Source: Amoebophrya sp. A120
Lineage: Eukaryota; Protista; Dinoflagellata
Assembly: GCA_905178155.1 (NCBI GenBank)
Contig: CAJINV010000001.1
Location: 12,445,832 to 12,509,831 of the forward strand
DNA: 64,000 nucleotides
Direction of reading: 5' to 3'
Position 1 is the first letter of the stretch. The number at the start of each line of letters is the position of its first letter. Below are positions 10,009 through 21,648 of the stretch, one piece after another. A program made the position numbers and the translations under genes. The notes under the pieces were generated by a model. That model did no database searches. It was given only the letters and a program-made list of their open reading frames with translations, and was not told where the DNA came from.

Positions 10009-13000
10009 TCACTGCTTCGTTTTTCTTGGGGGCGCTGCCTGATTGGTCGTGGAGTGCTGTCCTAAAATTCTCCGAATGGGGCTTGGGGTGTACACCATCG
10101 ATACGCTGGGCACAATCGAGTCTAAAAACTGACCCTCTTGCTGTTTTTGACTCGGCGTAAAATGAGCCTCCTCTGGGGCTTCTTGTGGTGGATGTTCTCG
10201 TTTACTTTTTTTCCCCGGCGGTGTTTGCACGGTTTGCGCCACGTGGTTCGGACTTACCAGCAACGACGGAAACCCGCGACCTGTTTGATGCTCTCGGGGA
10301 AGAATGTACTCGCTCATCATTGGTCCATCGTGGGGTATCGCATTTGTGGATCTCGCGTTGTAAGCGCTTTTTTTTACCGCAGCGGTGTTTCTTGTTGTCC
10401 TGTATGGCTGTTGGAACACAGACTGCATGCGCGGGCCCACGTTCGTACCTCTCTTCCTTCGCTGCCCAGAAATTAGGCCTCCGTCGTCATCCGCTTCAAA
10501 AGATTCCTTTGCTTCGACAAAACTACCATACCCAGAACGCTCCGTCGCGAACGCATTTTGCCTGGCTTCGGCGGCAGGCCACGATGTTGAAGCAAATTGA
10601 GTCGGTTGCCTACCTCGATCTTCTTGACCACGGGCATCAAACGCGTAACGACCGTCGTCTGGCTCCACCGCAGACGTTCGCCGTTTGTCAACCGGGACCA
10701 CCTCGTCCAAGCTTGTTCTTTCATCGTTAACTTCCTCCGCTTCGGTTGTTGTAGTTCCGGCTTGCACTGGTCGTTCTTCCGCAACACAGTTGTACCCAGC
10801 TTGCTCTTCTTGTTGTGCCCGATACAGCACTTCTTCCAATCCGCGCCCACAGATTGCGAGCTGGCCGGCCACATCTTGCAACTTTTGGTCCAGCACCGAG
10901 CGGTCCTTGAGCCGCTTCTGCTCCGCGAAACAGAGCTCCGTGCGCAACTCCTGATTATCAAGTGTAAAAGTGTCTGGGTCTGGAAGATTCTGACACTTGT
11001 CATGCACGTTTTGCACACTTGGAAATCCCCTACTACCGCTCGGGGGAGCTGGAACTTTCGCGAGACCAAACGAAATGGCAAGCGAGGTCCGCGCGCCCCC
11101 CCTGGAGGTGAGATGCGAGGGTGGCCCTGTGTTGTGATCTGCAATCTGCATTAGACCACACAGGAAATGAGGAAGTTGGAGAAGGATCAGAAATGATCTG
11201 GAGCGACACTATGGAACGCTCCAACAACCTCAGCCAACCACTGCCCTCGCATTCACAAGAGACCTGCCGAAACAGACTCAACTCCGGGTAGCCTTCCCGA
11301 AGCCGACCTCTAAGTTCGGCCTGGTCGGCAACGAGGCAATGTCCTCAGGGGCCGTTAGGAACCTCCCGAAACAATCGTCAACGAGCTTCAGCGCCGAGAA
11401 GCCGCTGACGAAAGAAACGCACAGACTGTTCCCAGTGGCAAGAACAGAAAGGCAGGGACATAGGTGAACCGACAGTGACACCAACTCGACCAAGGTAACC
11501 CAGAGTTCCGGACCCGGGGAACACTGGGGACCACGCGGCAGAAGCAACAGCACAAAGACGCCTGATGTGTTCCCAACCGCCAGTCAAGCAGCAGCCAAAA
11601 GTCAACGGAGGCAGCAGCAAAAGCCACTCAGGTACTCCACCGAGGACGAGAGGAGCCACAAGACCCGGAGCAAGCTCCGACGGCCACAACAGACGCTTCT
11701 ACTATCTCAACACCGCTGGGGGCGAAGACAGAGAGCAAGGCAAGAGCCTCGCGCAACGGGAATTTCCCACCAAGCCTCGTCAACGACCTCACATGAGAAG
11801 GCGCACCAGAACGGCCACGAGAGGGGTAGACATAGGGCATCCAGCATCCAGACACGTCGCCAACACCGAGGCGGTGAGCAACACCCATCATCTCGTTTGC
11901 GGGATCCGTCGCCACGCGTTCATGTTGGTCGGCACTGGCTTCCGCTCGTATCTCGTCCTCGTGGGGAACCCAGACATGGCTACTACCTCGAACGGGAGAG
12001 CTGGAAATGCCGCGCGCGCTCGCATACGCATCTGGGGCGGAGAACTCAAGATACGTCCAGCAGCCCGCCGACTCCACTACCGTAAGCCATTTAGGAGCAC
12101 CCGCGCCGCCTCGCGAAGCTCCTATGGTCCCGCCCTGGCCTTCGTTGCTGGGCCACAGTCCTGTGCGCAAATGCCCAGAATCCAAACACGCTCTATCAGG
12201 GGTGCCGCTAGAGTCACAGCAGGGACTTTACGCGCACAGACTATCAGGTCTGCCCTGGATTCTGGGGGTGAGAGAGATGCGGTGACAGCGCAGGAGAATC
12301 TTGGTCGAGAGACAACATCATCTTCCAGGGTCCACAGGAAGAGCGGGCACCTGTGATTAAATTGAGGCAACAGCGGGGACGGACATGTTCCGCCCCCGTG
12401 CACACAACAACAGAGTAGTAGACCGGCCAGATGATTGAAGAGAGAAGGAGACACAACGAAGCTACTTCACATGCAAGGACTTCAGAGGAGGAAACCAAAA
12501 AGCACAATAAAAATAGCACTATACTACTTTGCCCCCCCCAGAAGATCGCCATCACATGGCCGTGGCTCCAGCGCGCGCTCGCGTCCCGTGATGCGCGGAC
12601 CCTGCGCGGAAGATGTCTTCCCGAAAGCGTCCGAGTCCACCCATGCTGGGGATTGTGCGGGGCCGCGTGTGATGGCCAGCCTTCTCATCGAAGACAGTAA
12701 CGAAGCGCCCTTTTCCGCTCGTGTTGTGCTTTAAACCGGGGCCCATGCTATGCTTGTCATGGCGCCTGCCCAATCCACCGGCAGTCAATGTCGGCGTGGC
12801 GGTCCTCGTTTACCGTGCTTCTGGGCGTGGGCAAGACGGTAAGTCGATGGCTGTCGTCGGAGGAGAGGCCATGTGCGTTGTCAGTGTGCGCACGGACGCT
12901 CGGGGCGCCGATGCTCTAGCTAGTACTACTGTAAAGGGGCACAGAGGACCCGCCACGTACGGGTGTTTATCTACTTTCCTTTCGAAACTCCACTGCAGGG

Positions 13001-14584
13001 AGTCGGGGGAGGTACCGACGTGGCGTCAGTGGTAGTAAAACAATTTAGGAGATCAACAAACAGAAAGGTCCTACTCTACGGCATAGCTCCCCCTGTTCTA
13101 CATTGATGGATCTCAGGCAACAAGACAAAGTCTTGAGCCAAAATGGCTACGGTTTTGCATGAGCCCTGATGTCTGTGATGCATGCCCTAGCATCACAGAC
13201 TTTTTGCGAGCTTCTTGATGCCTATTCCGCATGACAACTGCCCTCTCCGCGTAGCAAAAATTACATTCCTTTTGGTACTCATGCAATACAGATTTTTCTG
13301 GACTCCAAATGCAGCATCACAAGTTGCATTCTTCCAGACCCAGACATTTTTACATTTGATACTGCACCAGCTCGCGAGATTCCTCCACCGTGTCCGCGGC
13401 TATTCCGTCGACCTGCGCAAGGAAACCCCGCACCTCGGCCTCCGCGGTTTCCAAACGGGATTCGAACCCGGCGCGGGCCTCTTCCAACTCCTCCCACTTC
13501 TTCGCGAATTCACTCTTGAAATTCTTCTGCTTCTCCAACAAGTAGTCCGCACTCTGCGCGAAGAGCACCTTCGCATCGTCGAGCAGCAGCTTGTGCTGCT
13601 GCTCCAGCAAGCTCTGTTTTTCCGCCTGCTGCTCGATCAGCTCGCGCATCTTCCGCTCCCGGGTGTGGACTTCGGAACTCAGCGCGCGCGAGCTTTCCAC
13701 CTGCGAACGATTTTTGAGATCCTTTTTGTACACAGCAACTACTACGCATCAAACTGCTCTACACGCCGCCAAAAATTATGCTGAATTACTTACTAATAGA
13801 AGCAACCACGACTTCCAACCTGATCCAACCTGGCGTCGAGTTCGCGAATCTTGTCTGCCCACGTGCGGTTTTCCGCGCGGTCCAGCAGCAACTCGTTTTG
13901 GTGTCTGAAAATGTCGTCCTCCAGCTGCAACTGCCGAAACTCGAACTTCCGGAGCGCGGACTGGATGTTCGTGTCGTGCTCGACGAAATGCGCCTCCCAG
14001 CTGCTCTCCGTCGTTTGGAACTGCTTCACGCAGGTCTGCAGCTCGTGCTCGATCCGCTCCACGTGCTCTTCCATCTGCTTGATGGCCCCGTTTTGCCGTT
14101 CCAGCTGCTTCTGCACCTCGAAGTTCGTCCGCTGCTGGTCCTCGGTGACCTGCTGCAGCTGCAAAAAGAGCTTCTCGTCCGTCTCCTCCCCGTTCGCGAT
14201 CAGCCGCTCGCACTCGCCCACCCGGTCGCGCGTGTGCTCGATCGGTACGGAAAACGCGTTTGTGGTCGCGACCGTACCCGCCAGGTCCGCGATCCGCACG
14301 CTCTGCTCCGCAACCACCTGTTCGTTGTTGATGATACGTTGCTCCAGCTGCTCCATCGCGCGAGCGAAGGTACGCAGCAACTCGGGACCCAGCGCCGCCG
14401 CCAAATCCGAAGTAGAGGAGTTCATGTGGGATGCAGCGTTGGCACTTGCTGTTGCGGCGGAAGTCGTAGTAGACTGCTGGTGTAATTTTTTGGTATCACC
14501 ATTATTCTCCGCAGGGCTTGCCGAAGGGTCTTTCTCTTCCGTCGCCCCGTTCTTTCGGGAATTAGATGCAGAACTGGAAGACAT
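10009..14584 (-). CDS. Long coiled-coil protein, interrupted by a small intron (~13.74-13.82 kb) and by IE4
   Basis: Heptad-rich ORFs 13793-14623, 13350-13733 and 10009-11151. Removing IE4 joins ...SRELVQ/ELRTELCF... in frame. Confidence 0.72.
11016..13152 (-). mobile_element. Spliced-leader-capped retroposed sequence (~2.14 kb), no recognisable protein
   Basis: Flanked by (G)TTTTGCA at 11008-11015 and 13152-13159. Its minus-strand 5' end is the dinoflagellate SL. Only short low-complexity ORFs lie inside, and there is no poly(A) at the 3' end. Confidence 0.82.
13132..13153 (-). other. Dinoflagellate spliced leader (DinoSL), complete 22-nt genomic copy
   Basis: Minus strand reads ACCGTAGCCATTTTGGCTCAAG, an exact match to DCCGTAGCCATTTTGGCTCAAG. 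It is followed by ACTTTG rather than GT, so it is a spliced product and not an SL-RNA gene. Confidence 0.96.
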
Positions 14585-15142
14585 TGCTGCAGTGCGAAAG
14601 GCAAACCACAAGCAGAAGGCCACGGTGATGCAGCAGGCGGCGAAAGGAGAGACTCCTTAGTCAGTGAGCAAGTACCTTCTCAGTGGCAACGACAATCAGA
14701 GTCTGGCCATGAAGACGGGATTAGCAGCTCTTATCCTGATTCTCCGCTATTCGAGCCATGCTGATGAAGACAGTATACTCACTGCTCTCTCATGACGACT
14801 GACACCTTCTGTTTTCGTTTCCAGACAGACAGTATTTCTATTTTCAGCCAGAAGTATCAGCATAATGACGAGGGAAAGTCCCTAGTTCCGTTTTTCTGTC
14901 GTATCTAGCATAGAATCTTTGTCCCCTTTCAAGAAGACGAAAGTGCGAAAATGAACACCGGTTGGCTTTTCGGCCAACTCAAAATTCCGAAGTGCTTCTT
15001 GTAGAAACAGGTCGGACCGCAAAAAGGCGCTGCTTATATATCTGTAAGCTCCAGAATTCTTGTTACCCCTCCCCCAGGGAGGAAATCGAAATGGAACCAG
15101 TGCGATGGACTTTAGAGTACACAACAAGAAGAAACCAAAATC

Positions 15143-16165
15143 TCAGTCGTGCGTGGCCCTGTAGCCGAAATGTCTCGGGAAGTCGTTCGAGAGTCTCTGC
15201 CCTGTTTTCTTGTTCTTCCAGTGCGAGAAGTGGTAGTGGTAGCGCACCGATTTGAACTTCCCGACCCACTTCGAGCTGGGCCCGCCGTAGCGGTGCTCCT
15301 GCGATATGTTCTTCGACGGCTCAAACCGCATCGGCAGCTCGATCCGCTCCCGCTCGTACTCCAGTCGGCGGCCGTACCCGTTGATGCGGTACCCGTGGCC
15401 GTCGAACAGACACGGGGCCTCGTGCTCAAACGGGTAGTCGCTGTCCGAGGACCGCCACTCCCGTGGCTCCTCCTCTTCCTCCTCCTCCAGCGCACCAGGA
15501 GCATCCTCGTCGTCGTAGTACTCGCCCGCCTCCTCCGCCGCCTCTAAATCCTCCCGCTCTCTCCGTTCCAGGTGCAATAAATGCGGGTTTTTCCGGTGCG
15601 CCCGCAGCGCCAGCACGTCCTCGGCAAAATCTTTCCCGTCGTCCGTCGGACTTACCGTGTACCGAACCTCCCCGGTGTACCAGTTGTAATGGTAGAAAAT
15701 GCCCTCACGCGTCCGCAGCCCCTCCCACTGCTGCTGCTTCGTGATTTTGGGCAGCACGAGCTTGTTTATTTCCTGCTCGTCTTGCTTTTTATTTCTCCGC
15801 TTCTTACTGGTGGGTACCTTCTTGCCGCTGAGCTCCGCCGCTTTCTCCTCGTCTCTCTCGCGGGCCTGCTGCAGCCGCTCCTCGAAGTGCTGCCGCAAGC
15901 TCGGGTGGATGTGCGAGTCGATCAGTTCCGGCTCCCCGTTGGGCGAAAACCGGGCGTAGAGCAACGCGTCCTTGTGCTGCTTCTTCTGCCCCAATTGCTG
16001 CAACACGGTTGAGACCTGCGACGTGGCGGAGCTGCTCACATTTGTCACCGCCGACTGCGCGTCGTTGAAGACAAAAGTGTCCCGGTTCGGCTGCCGTGTG
16101 TGCCCGACCGCGGAACCGCGCGGATCCAGCGGCGGCAGGCGATTCAAGCTGGCTGCCGTCAGCAT
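15143..16165 (-). CDS. Hypothetical protein with a probable WW domain
   Basis: 340-aa ATG ORF. QWEGLRTREGIFYHYNWYTGEVRY resembles the WW consensus; acidic tract downstream. Confidence 0.7.
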   Translation of the reverse strand: MLTAASLNRLPPLDPRGSAVGHTRQPNRDTFVFNDAQSAVTNVSSSATSQVSTVLQQLGQKKQHKDALLYARFSPNGEPELIDSHIHPSLRQHFEERLQQARERDEEKAAELSGKKVPTSKKRRNKKQDEQEINKLVLPKITKQQQWEGLRTREGIFYHYNWYTGEVRYTVSPTDDGKDFAEDVLALRAHRKNPHLLHLERREREDLEAAEEAGEYYDDEDAPGALEEEEEEEPREWRSSDSDYPFEHEAPCLFDGHGYRINGYGRRLEYERERIELPMRFEPSKNISQEHRYGGPSSKWVGKFKSVRYHYHFSHWKNKKTGQRLSNDFPRHFGYRATHD

Positions 16166-16948
16166 CGCTAGTCGTTTCGGAGATTCGGAGATCGGCGCCG
16201 CCGGGAACTCTTTTCAGCCTGTTCAGCAGACTACCTAGTTATTGCTCTGTTAGGAAATGACGCGGTCCACCGAATCTGAAAATTATTGAACAGTTTTTCT
16301 CTTATTTCCATCATGTTATCGAACATTGAGAACAAGAAAATGGGTAGGAGAAACAGACGAAAGATTGGGATATGTTTAGCTTGGTCAACATCCTGTTTTG
16401 TTTCTGAAATTGTTCAAAGTCGAAGTACACGTGAGATCTTCACCAGCAAACGGCCAAAGATATTCGACGTGACCACCCGGTACTAGCCTTCCTATAGTCA
16501 GAACGTGGGCGCCGGGCACGAAGAACGTATCTGAAGACGAGGGACGCGCTTCCTTAAGGCCTGATCAGTTTATTTGTCTTTGTATCTCATCTTGTTGTAC
16601 GACAGATATAGAGGACGATAAGAAGGACGAACGGACCGCAGCGACGGTAAACGAAAGTGAAACACGCGCACGACGACGAGATGCATGAAGCAGACACGGC
16701 AATGACACGTTAATGCATGATCCACCTGCTATTGGTCTGACAGGCACGATGAATCCAACAACAGAGAGGATGAGAACAGGTGAAAAGGCGAGATAAAAAC
16801 CTTTCCTTTGTTGGTCACGATTCTTTTTTACTAATTTTCCGAAGCGAAGATTATCCGTAAGGCGCAACACCCTATTAAATTTGAATAAACTCGCTCAACA
16901 AAATTGGTACTGCAGCGCACCGGTTTGCAAAACATGCAACACTTCAGT

Positions 16949-17935
16949 CTAAAAAATGCAGGACATCAGGCGCAAACTGCTTCTGCGTTTCTGAGAATTT
17001 CCTTTCTGCGAAAGGGTGGCAGATTGACTGCCATCCAAAGTCTTAACCGGTTCTCCTGGGACGATCACCACGGGCAATTCTACTGCTTCTTCCGCGACCG
17101 GACTGACTTCGCGAAACAGAGTGGAGACGAGGACCGGCACGTTGCTGACTGGCTTAACTGGTTCTTGTTCAGACCTCTCGTGTTTGCCTTCATCTACGCG
17201 CTCCTGGCCGTGCCCGAACAGCGGCAGTTTCTGGCTCCCGCGCTTCATCTCGGATACCAGCGCCCACGGACTCATTTCGGATGGAAACGTTCTTGCGCGC
17301 GCGTCCGCCACACGCACTCTTCTCTTTAATGCCTCTGCCCGCCGCCGCCGCCTTTCTTCCTTCGCATTCAAGATCTGCCGTATTTTCGCCGTACCATCTT
17401 CGTCGTCTTTATTGTCCAGTGCGCGGCATGAAGATGTCGGCAACAACATCTTGCTTCCTGTATAGTACGTGATCCGGCTCACGATCATAGACGTCACGCA
17501 AGCAAACACCGCTCGGATCTCCTCCCGCAACCAGAAGAAGGCCAACATCGCGCAGCGGCACCAGTTGTACTCGCGCCGCAGCAAAAACTTTCGCACCTTG
17601 CGCCGCGAAAGTAAGGCACCTTGGGCGCGCAGCAGCTGCGCCTCTTCCTGGTGTCGCTCCGCCATGGTGAAAATATCACTGCGTGCGATTCTGCGACGCA
17701 GCGCCTGCAACCGCGCCACCGCCTCGCGAGGTAGAAGGGAGAGGACGTAAACCAATGCGAAAATGACGACCACCACAACGAGTTGGACCGTAGCAATGAC
17801 CTCGGCAAACGTCCAGCCTTCCTTACTACGGGAGCTGGACAAAAATTCCCGCTTCACAAAAGCCCACCACCGGGAACTCTCCTCCTCTTGTTCCCGAGAG
17901 CTAGATGAAACTGGTCGTGTCGTGGATCTGTTCAT
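16949..17935 (-). CDS. Hypothetical membrane protein
   Basis: 328-aa ATG ORF with the hydrophobic stretch VIATVQLVVVVVIFALVYVLSLL. Confidence 0.6.
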   Translation of the reverse strand: MNRSTTRPVSSSSREQEEESSRWWAFVKREFLSSSRSKEGWTFAEVIATVQLVVVVVIFALVYVLSLLPREAVARLQALRRRIARSDIFTMAERHQEEAQLLRAQGALLSRRKVRKFLLRREYNWCRCAMLAFFWLREEIRAVFACVTSMIVSRITYYTGSKMLLPTSSCRALDNKDDEDGTAKIRQILNAKEERRRRRAEALKRRVRVADARARTFPSEMSPWALVSEMKRGSQKLPLFGHGQERVDEGKHERSEQEPVKPVSNVPVLVSTLFREVSPVAEEAVELPVVIVPGEPVKTLDGSQSATLSQKGNSQKRRSSLRLMSCIF

Positions 17936-18592
17936 CTTGTGCAGACTTCAGCTCCAGCTGCCGAGGAAAGTATTGATCTAGAAGTGGCCGAGAAGATGTT
18001 AACACATTCAGGGTTGTGAAAAACGTAGTCGATGAACAGTGAAATGTATGTACGTAGTTGTAAAACTAGCGGAGAGGACCTCCCACGCAAAGTATTGGTG
18101 AAGTTGCCAACAGCAAATACTACTGCACGATATCAGTCTCGCCGGGAGGCAAACGCAAACATGAGCATAGCTGTGCCTAGTATAAAATGTAAGAAATACT
18201 CCAAGAGTAAATAGAGGTGCTTAAGATGCCTGATATCACAGCAAACTGTTCAACGGGTAGGGCTTACTTGTTCACAGCGTCCGTGCACGAAAACGACGAA
18301 CTTGTGTATGTACGAATGTGTGTATGTACGAAACGTAAACAGCAACAGGCCACTGAGTGGGAATTCTAACATTCCAGACGAACGACTTCGACTTAGCTTC
18401 GGGGTTGACGTGGACGATCCGTCATTTTGATTTTCCAGAAAACGTAAACGACAACACCGCATAATGCTGCATGACTCGAACACGTTCAAGCAAAACGGAA
18501 TGTCCTGAGGCCGCGTTGTAAAAGTAACGCGGATAAAGTACCTCGACCTTCTAGCACGGCAGGCGCGCTGGTTTCATTCGCGCTTCTCTTTT

Positions 18593-20305
18593 CTATCCGC
18601 CTTTTGTGTTTGTTCTAATTTTCTTCTTCAACAGCGTCAGCTTTGGCGCCACCTGGCCAGCGTTGAGACTCACGGCTGCACACCGCGAGTAGTTCAACCC
18701 TGCGCTCCCCGTGCCACAATCATCGGCGGGCGACGAAATGGACAGTTTGCGCACAATGTGGTTGGAATCCTGCGAGAAAGCAAGCTCGTTGCGCAACTCG
18801 CGGTTGCCGTAAAGGATTTTCTGCGCAGGGCGCAGCTCGTCGTGTGGTGCCCGCGAAGAGGAAGACGCTGCGGGGACGAGGAAACTTTTTGGCGTTGATT
18901 CCTTGTCCGATGCCGCGCCGTGCTGCGAAAACACGTCTTCCTCCACCTCGCTCGGCGGACCGCTGCACTCCGGGGAGAGGTCTGGTGGCGCTGCAGGGGA
19001 AAACACTTTCAATATGTTTTCGCGGAGAATCTTCGGCGTATCGGCATGGTCCTCGTGTGGAGGTCTTTGCACTACCTGCTCGGCGGCGGTCAGCGGTTTC
19101 CAGAGGGACGCACGGGCTTGCGCCTCGCGGTCGTCCTCAACGTCGTCGCCGCGAGCCGCGTCGCGGATCTCAAATTGTTCTTCTGAAATTTCGTCCGCGT
19201 CGTCGCATACATTGTCAATGGAGCGCGGTAGAGTTCCACTCTCTCGCGTTCCGGGAATCGCCGATGACCCGGTTTCCTGATAGGATTATTTGTTCAAATA
19301 GAGTTTTAATATTGGGCCTGTTGTACATAGCAGACAAAATGCCGTGTGCCGGTGGATGATTGAGTCTGTGCCTATCACTATCACACGGAGTGCGACGCAG
19401 AAACATTAACATTCTGCAAAAAACGCAACAGGTATAGCACTTGCCTGTCCGAGCTGGTGCTCCGGTTCGTCGAGAGAGGAGAAAAGACGTGCGTTCTTTT
19501 CGAAGTACGACGCGAAACTCATTCGTTGCGAAAAAGAGCTCGTCCGCGACCGTGTTGCCGAGGAAATGGACCGGGTTCCAGATGGTGCTACCCCCGTCGA
19601 ATGAGCATTTTGCTGGTTGTTCCCGGGTAGTGTGGCCTGGTTCGCGTGGACCTCGTCAGTCGACACGAAGGCGGTGCCGTTTTCGCCGTCAGCGCAGGGA
19701 AAATTGCTCACTGCGGCCCCGGCTTCGTCTTGTTTGCCCGGACCAGTACTAGCACCAACCGAAGGGGCGCGCCTATCGCTCCGCTCCTGCGAGGTAGTTG
19801 TACCTAGTGGCTGTCTTTTCTCTCGCCCTGCAGATCCTCTTTCCGAGCTGTCCAGATGATAGTCTTCAATTTCAGCAGGAACACAGTGCAGTTCCTCTTC
19901 GTCGGTTTCCAGCTGCCCCGCGTCGTCACTAATCGCGGCAGGTAGCCGGGGGACCTCTTCCAGGATTGTGTGTTTTCCGTCGGGCGTGTACAATGGCAGG
20001 TACAGCGGGTTGTCCGAACGCGGAAGGGGTGCAGAGTTGGTGTCTGCAGAGTCCAATACGCGAAACCACTTAGAGTACACTTGTCCCAGAAAAATCTGGT
20101 CCTTACTTGCCACCAAACTGCTTTTCGCGTCGAACTGTGGCTTCGTACGAAACGCAATGCCCTGCTTCGGAAATATCACCTTCATGTAGCGCGGTGGTGC
20201 CTCGAGCTGGCCCGTGAGATCCTCGACGGCCTCCTGCATTTTCGCTTCGGCTACACGCGACAGTTTCAACCTGAAGGAAGCGTGTCGTTTTTTTGTGAAA
20301 TTCAC
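18593..20305 (-). CDS. Hypothetical protein, two exons with a GC-AG intron (19277-19444)
   Basis: Donor CAG|GCAAGT and acceptor TATCAG|GAA join ORF 19406-20305 in frame to the open frame that continues into ORF 18593-19072. Confidence 0.6.
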
Positions 20306-20439
20306 TGGCTAGTGGTACGTCAAGCACTATTTGCTCATACATCTGTAGACTAGCAACTGATGCAACTGACGAATCATCACGGGCGGCGCACTTTCCTGAT
20401 GCGGACAGAACCAGAAGTAGTTCAACGGCCCCAAAAAAA

Positions 20440-21648
20440 TCAGTCTGACCTTTCGGTGAATCGAGCAGCCTTCTGTATTGCTTCCTCCGGATTTAGTGCG
20501 CCCATGGCTACTTGCTCTGCCGCTTGTCCGGCCCACTTGTCGCGGGCCTGTTCCGCTATCTCCACGCATTCCACGCGGAGCCCGCCCGCGACCCACTCGC
20601 GGCCGAATAGCGCCCGGTTGGGCACTACGGTCACCACCGTCTCATGCGCCGACCAAGGGTGCCCGCAGTTGCACACCCAGCTGGCCTCGAAGCACTTACA
20701 CGGACACTTTTTGTTCCGCTGCCCCGGGACGTGACCCTGGCACGCGAAAATTTCCAGCCCCTGCGCGTTATATTTCCCGGTTGGCTTATGGTCGGACCGC
20801 TTGTGCTTGCAACTGCACCGCACCTCCCAGGCACCCTGCTGCACGTGGAACTGAAAGCCCTTGCAGGGACACTTCTTGCACTTGGAACCGCAAGTACTGT
20901 TGTGGTCTTCGAGTTTGTGTCCGCAGATGCACAGCGCCTTCTTCGGCTTCAGTCGGCAGCACGTCGAACTGCTTGCCGGTTCGCAGAGCGTGCACCGCCA
21001 CACCACCTGTAGCATTGGTGGTTCCACGGGCTGTTCTTCGGTCTGCCGCACCAAATCCAGCTCCTGCTGTGCCGAACTTGCGGCTTGGTGTTTTTCCAAA
21101 GCGAGTTCGTCATGATTGTATCCCGCGGTCAGTCTCTTCAGCTCCTGGGTGCTGGAGGCCCCGATTGGAAGCGAGAGACCACGCTGCGTCCCCCCTAGAA
21201 GTCCTCTGGGCGGTGGCTGGAAAAAACGGAAGTCGATTTTGTCCGAGCCAAATTGGGTCCCGAACACTTGTTTATCCAGACGCTCCGATCTCTTCATCAC
21301 CTTTCCTCCTTCCGCGGTCGGGTCAGTCGCGGCGTGCTGCGTCGCATTCGCCTGCTGCGGGTGCCCTCGTGGCCTGGAGCTAGCGTAGTTACCATCTGTT
21401 GTAGCCGCCACGCCGCCTTTTGTGCCAGAACCCAGATTGAAAAGCCCATTCTCTCGTGCCTTTGATACCAGTTCCAACGCTTTCTGCAGTTGCAGAAACT
21501 CCTCCTCCTTACCCGTGTGTTTGTCCGGGTGGCAATCGCGAGCCCGCGCTCTCCATGCGGAGCGCACAGCATCCTCGTAGTTTGCTTCCTCAGCTGAGAG
21601 GCCGAGAAACTGCAGCGCCGTGCGCAAATCCATGACAGCAGCTGCCAT
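20440..21648 (-). CDS. J-domain protein fused to a FAM221-like Cys/His-rich domain
   Basis: N-terminal J domain VRSAWRARARDCHPDK..EEFLQLQKA. C-terminal CICGHKLEDH..CPCKGF..RCSCKH..DH..WVCNCGHPWSAHETVV matches the FAM221 pattern. Confidence 0.8.
   Translation of the reverse strand: MAAAVMDLRTALQFLGLSAEEANYEDAVRSAWRARARDCHPDKHTGKEEEFLQLQKALELVSKARENGLFNLGSGTKGGVAATTDGNYASSRPRGHPQQANATQHAATDPTAEGGKVMKRSERLDKQVFGTQFGSDKIDFRFFQPPPRGLLGGTQRGLSLPIGASSTQELKRLTAGYNHDELALEKHQAASSAQQELDLVRQTEEQPVEPPMLQVVWRCTLCEPASSSTCCRLKPKKALCICGHKLEDHNSTCGSKCKKCPCKGFQFHVQQGAWEVRCSCKHKRSDHKPTGKYNAQGLEIFACQGHVPGQRNKKCPCKCFEASWVCNCGHPWSAHETVVTVVPNRALFGREWVAGGLRVECVEIAEQARDKWAGQAAEQVAMGALNPEEAIQKAARFTERSD

Larger units (their letters stand above)
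10956..13361. mobile_element. Introner-like element IE4 (TIR family A), 2406 bp including a nested 2.1-kb insertion
   Basis: Left TIR TATCAAGTGTAAAAGTGTCTGGGTCTGGAA at 10956; right TIR ends ...TTTTTACATTTGATA at 13361. Flanks are CTGAT and CTGCA (3/5 identical). Without the insert the element is 262 bp and colinear with IE5. Confidence 0.9.

Noticed and set aside
11565-12356. Plus-strand 263-aa ORF and other ORFs in the nested insert as a transposase or reverse transcriptase
   Set aside because: No RT (YxDD), DDE, tyrosine-recombinase or zinc-knuckle motif is visible, and the composition is low-complexity.
12975-13093. HDV-like ribozyme at the 5' end of the SL-capped insert (GGGGGAG..CTCCCCC stem)
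   Set aside because: A P1-like stem exists, but I could not assemble convincing P1.1, P2 and P3 elements by eye.
13132-13153. SL-RNA gene
   Set aside because: The SL exon is not followed by a GT donor or a short intron with a poly-T terminator, and the block is TSD-flanked, as expected for a retrocopy.
13735-13830. Possible non-canonical GT-TA intron with a GTTG direct repeat
   Set aside because: In-frame GT-AG solutions also exist nearby, so it cannot be called non-canonical without cDNA.
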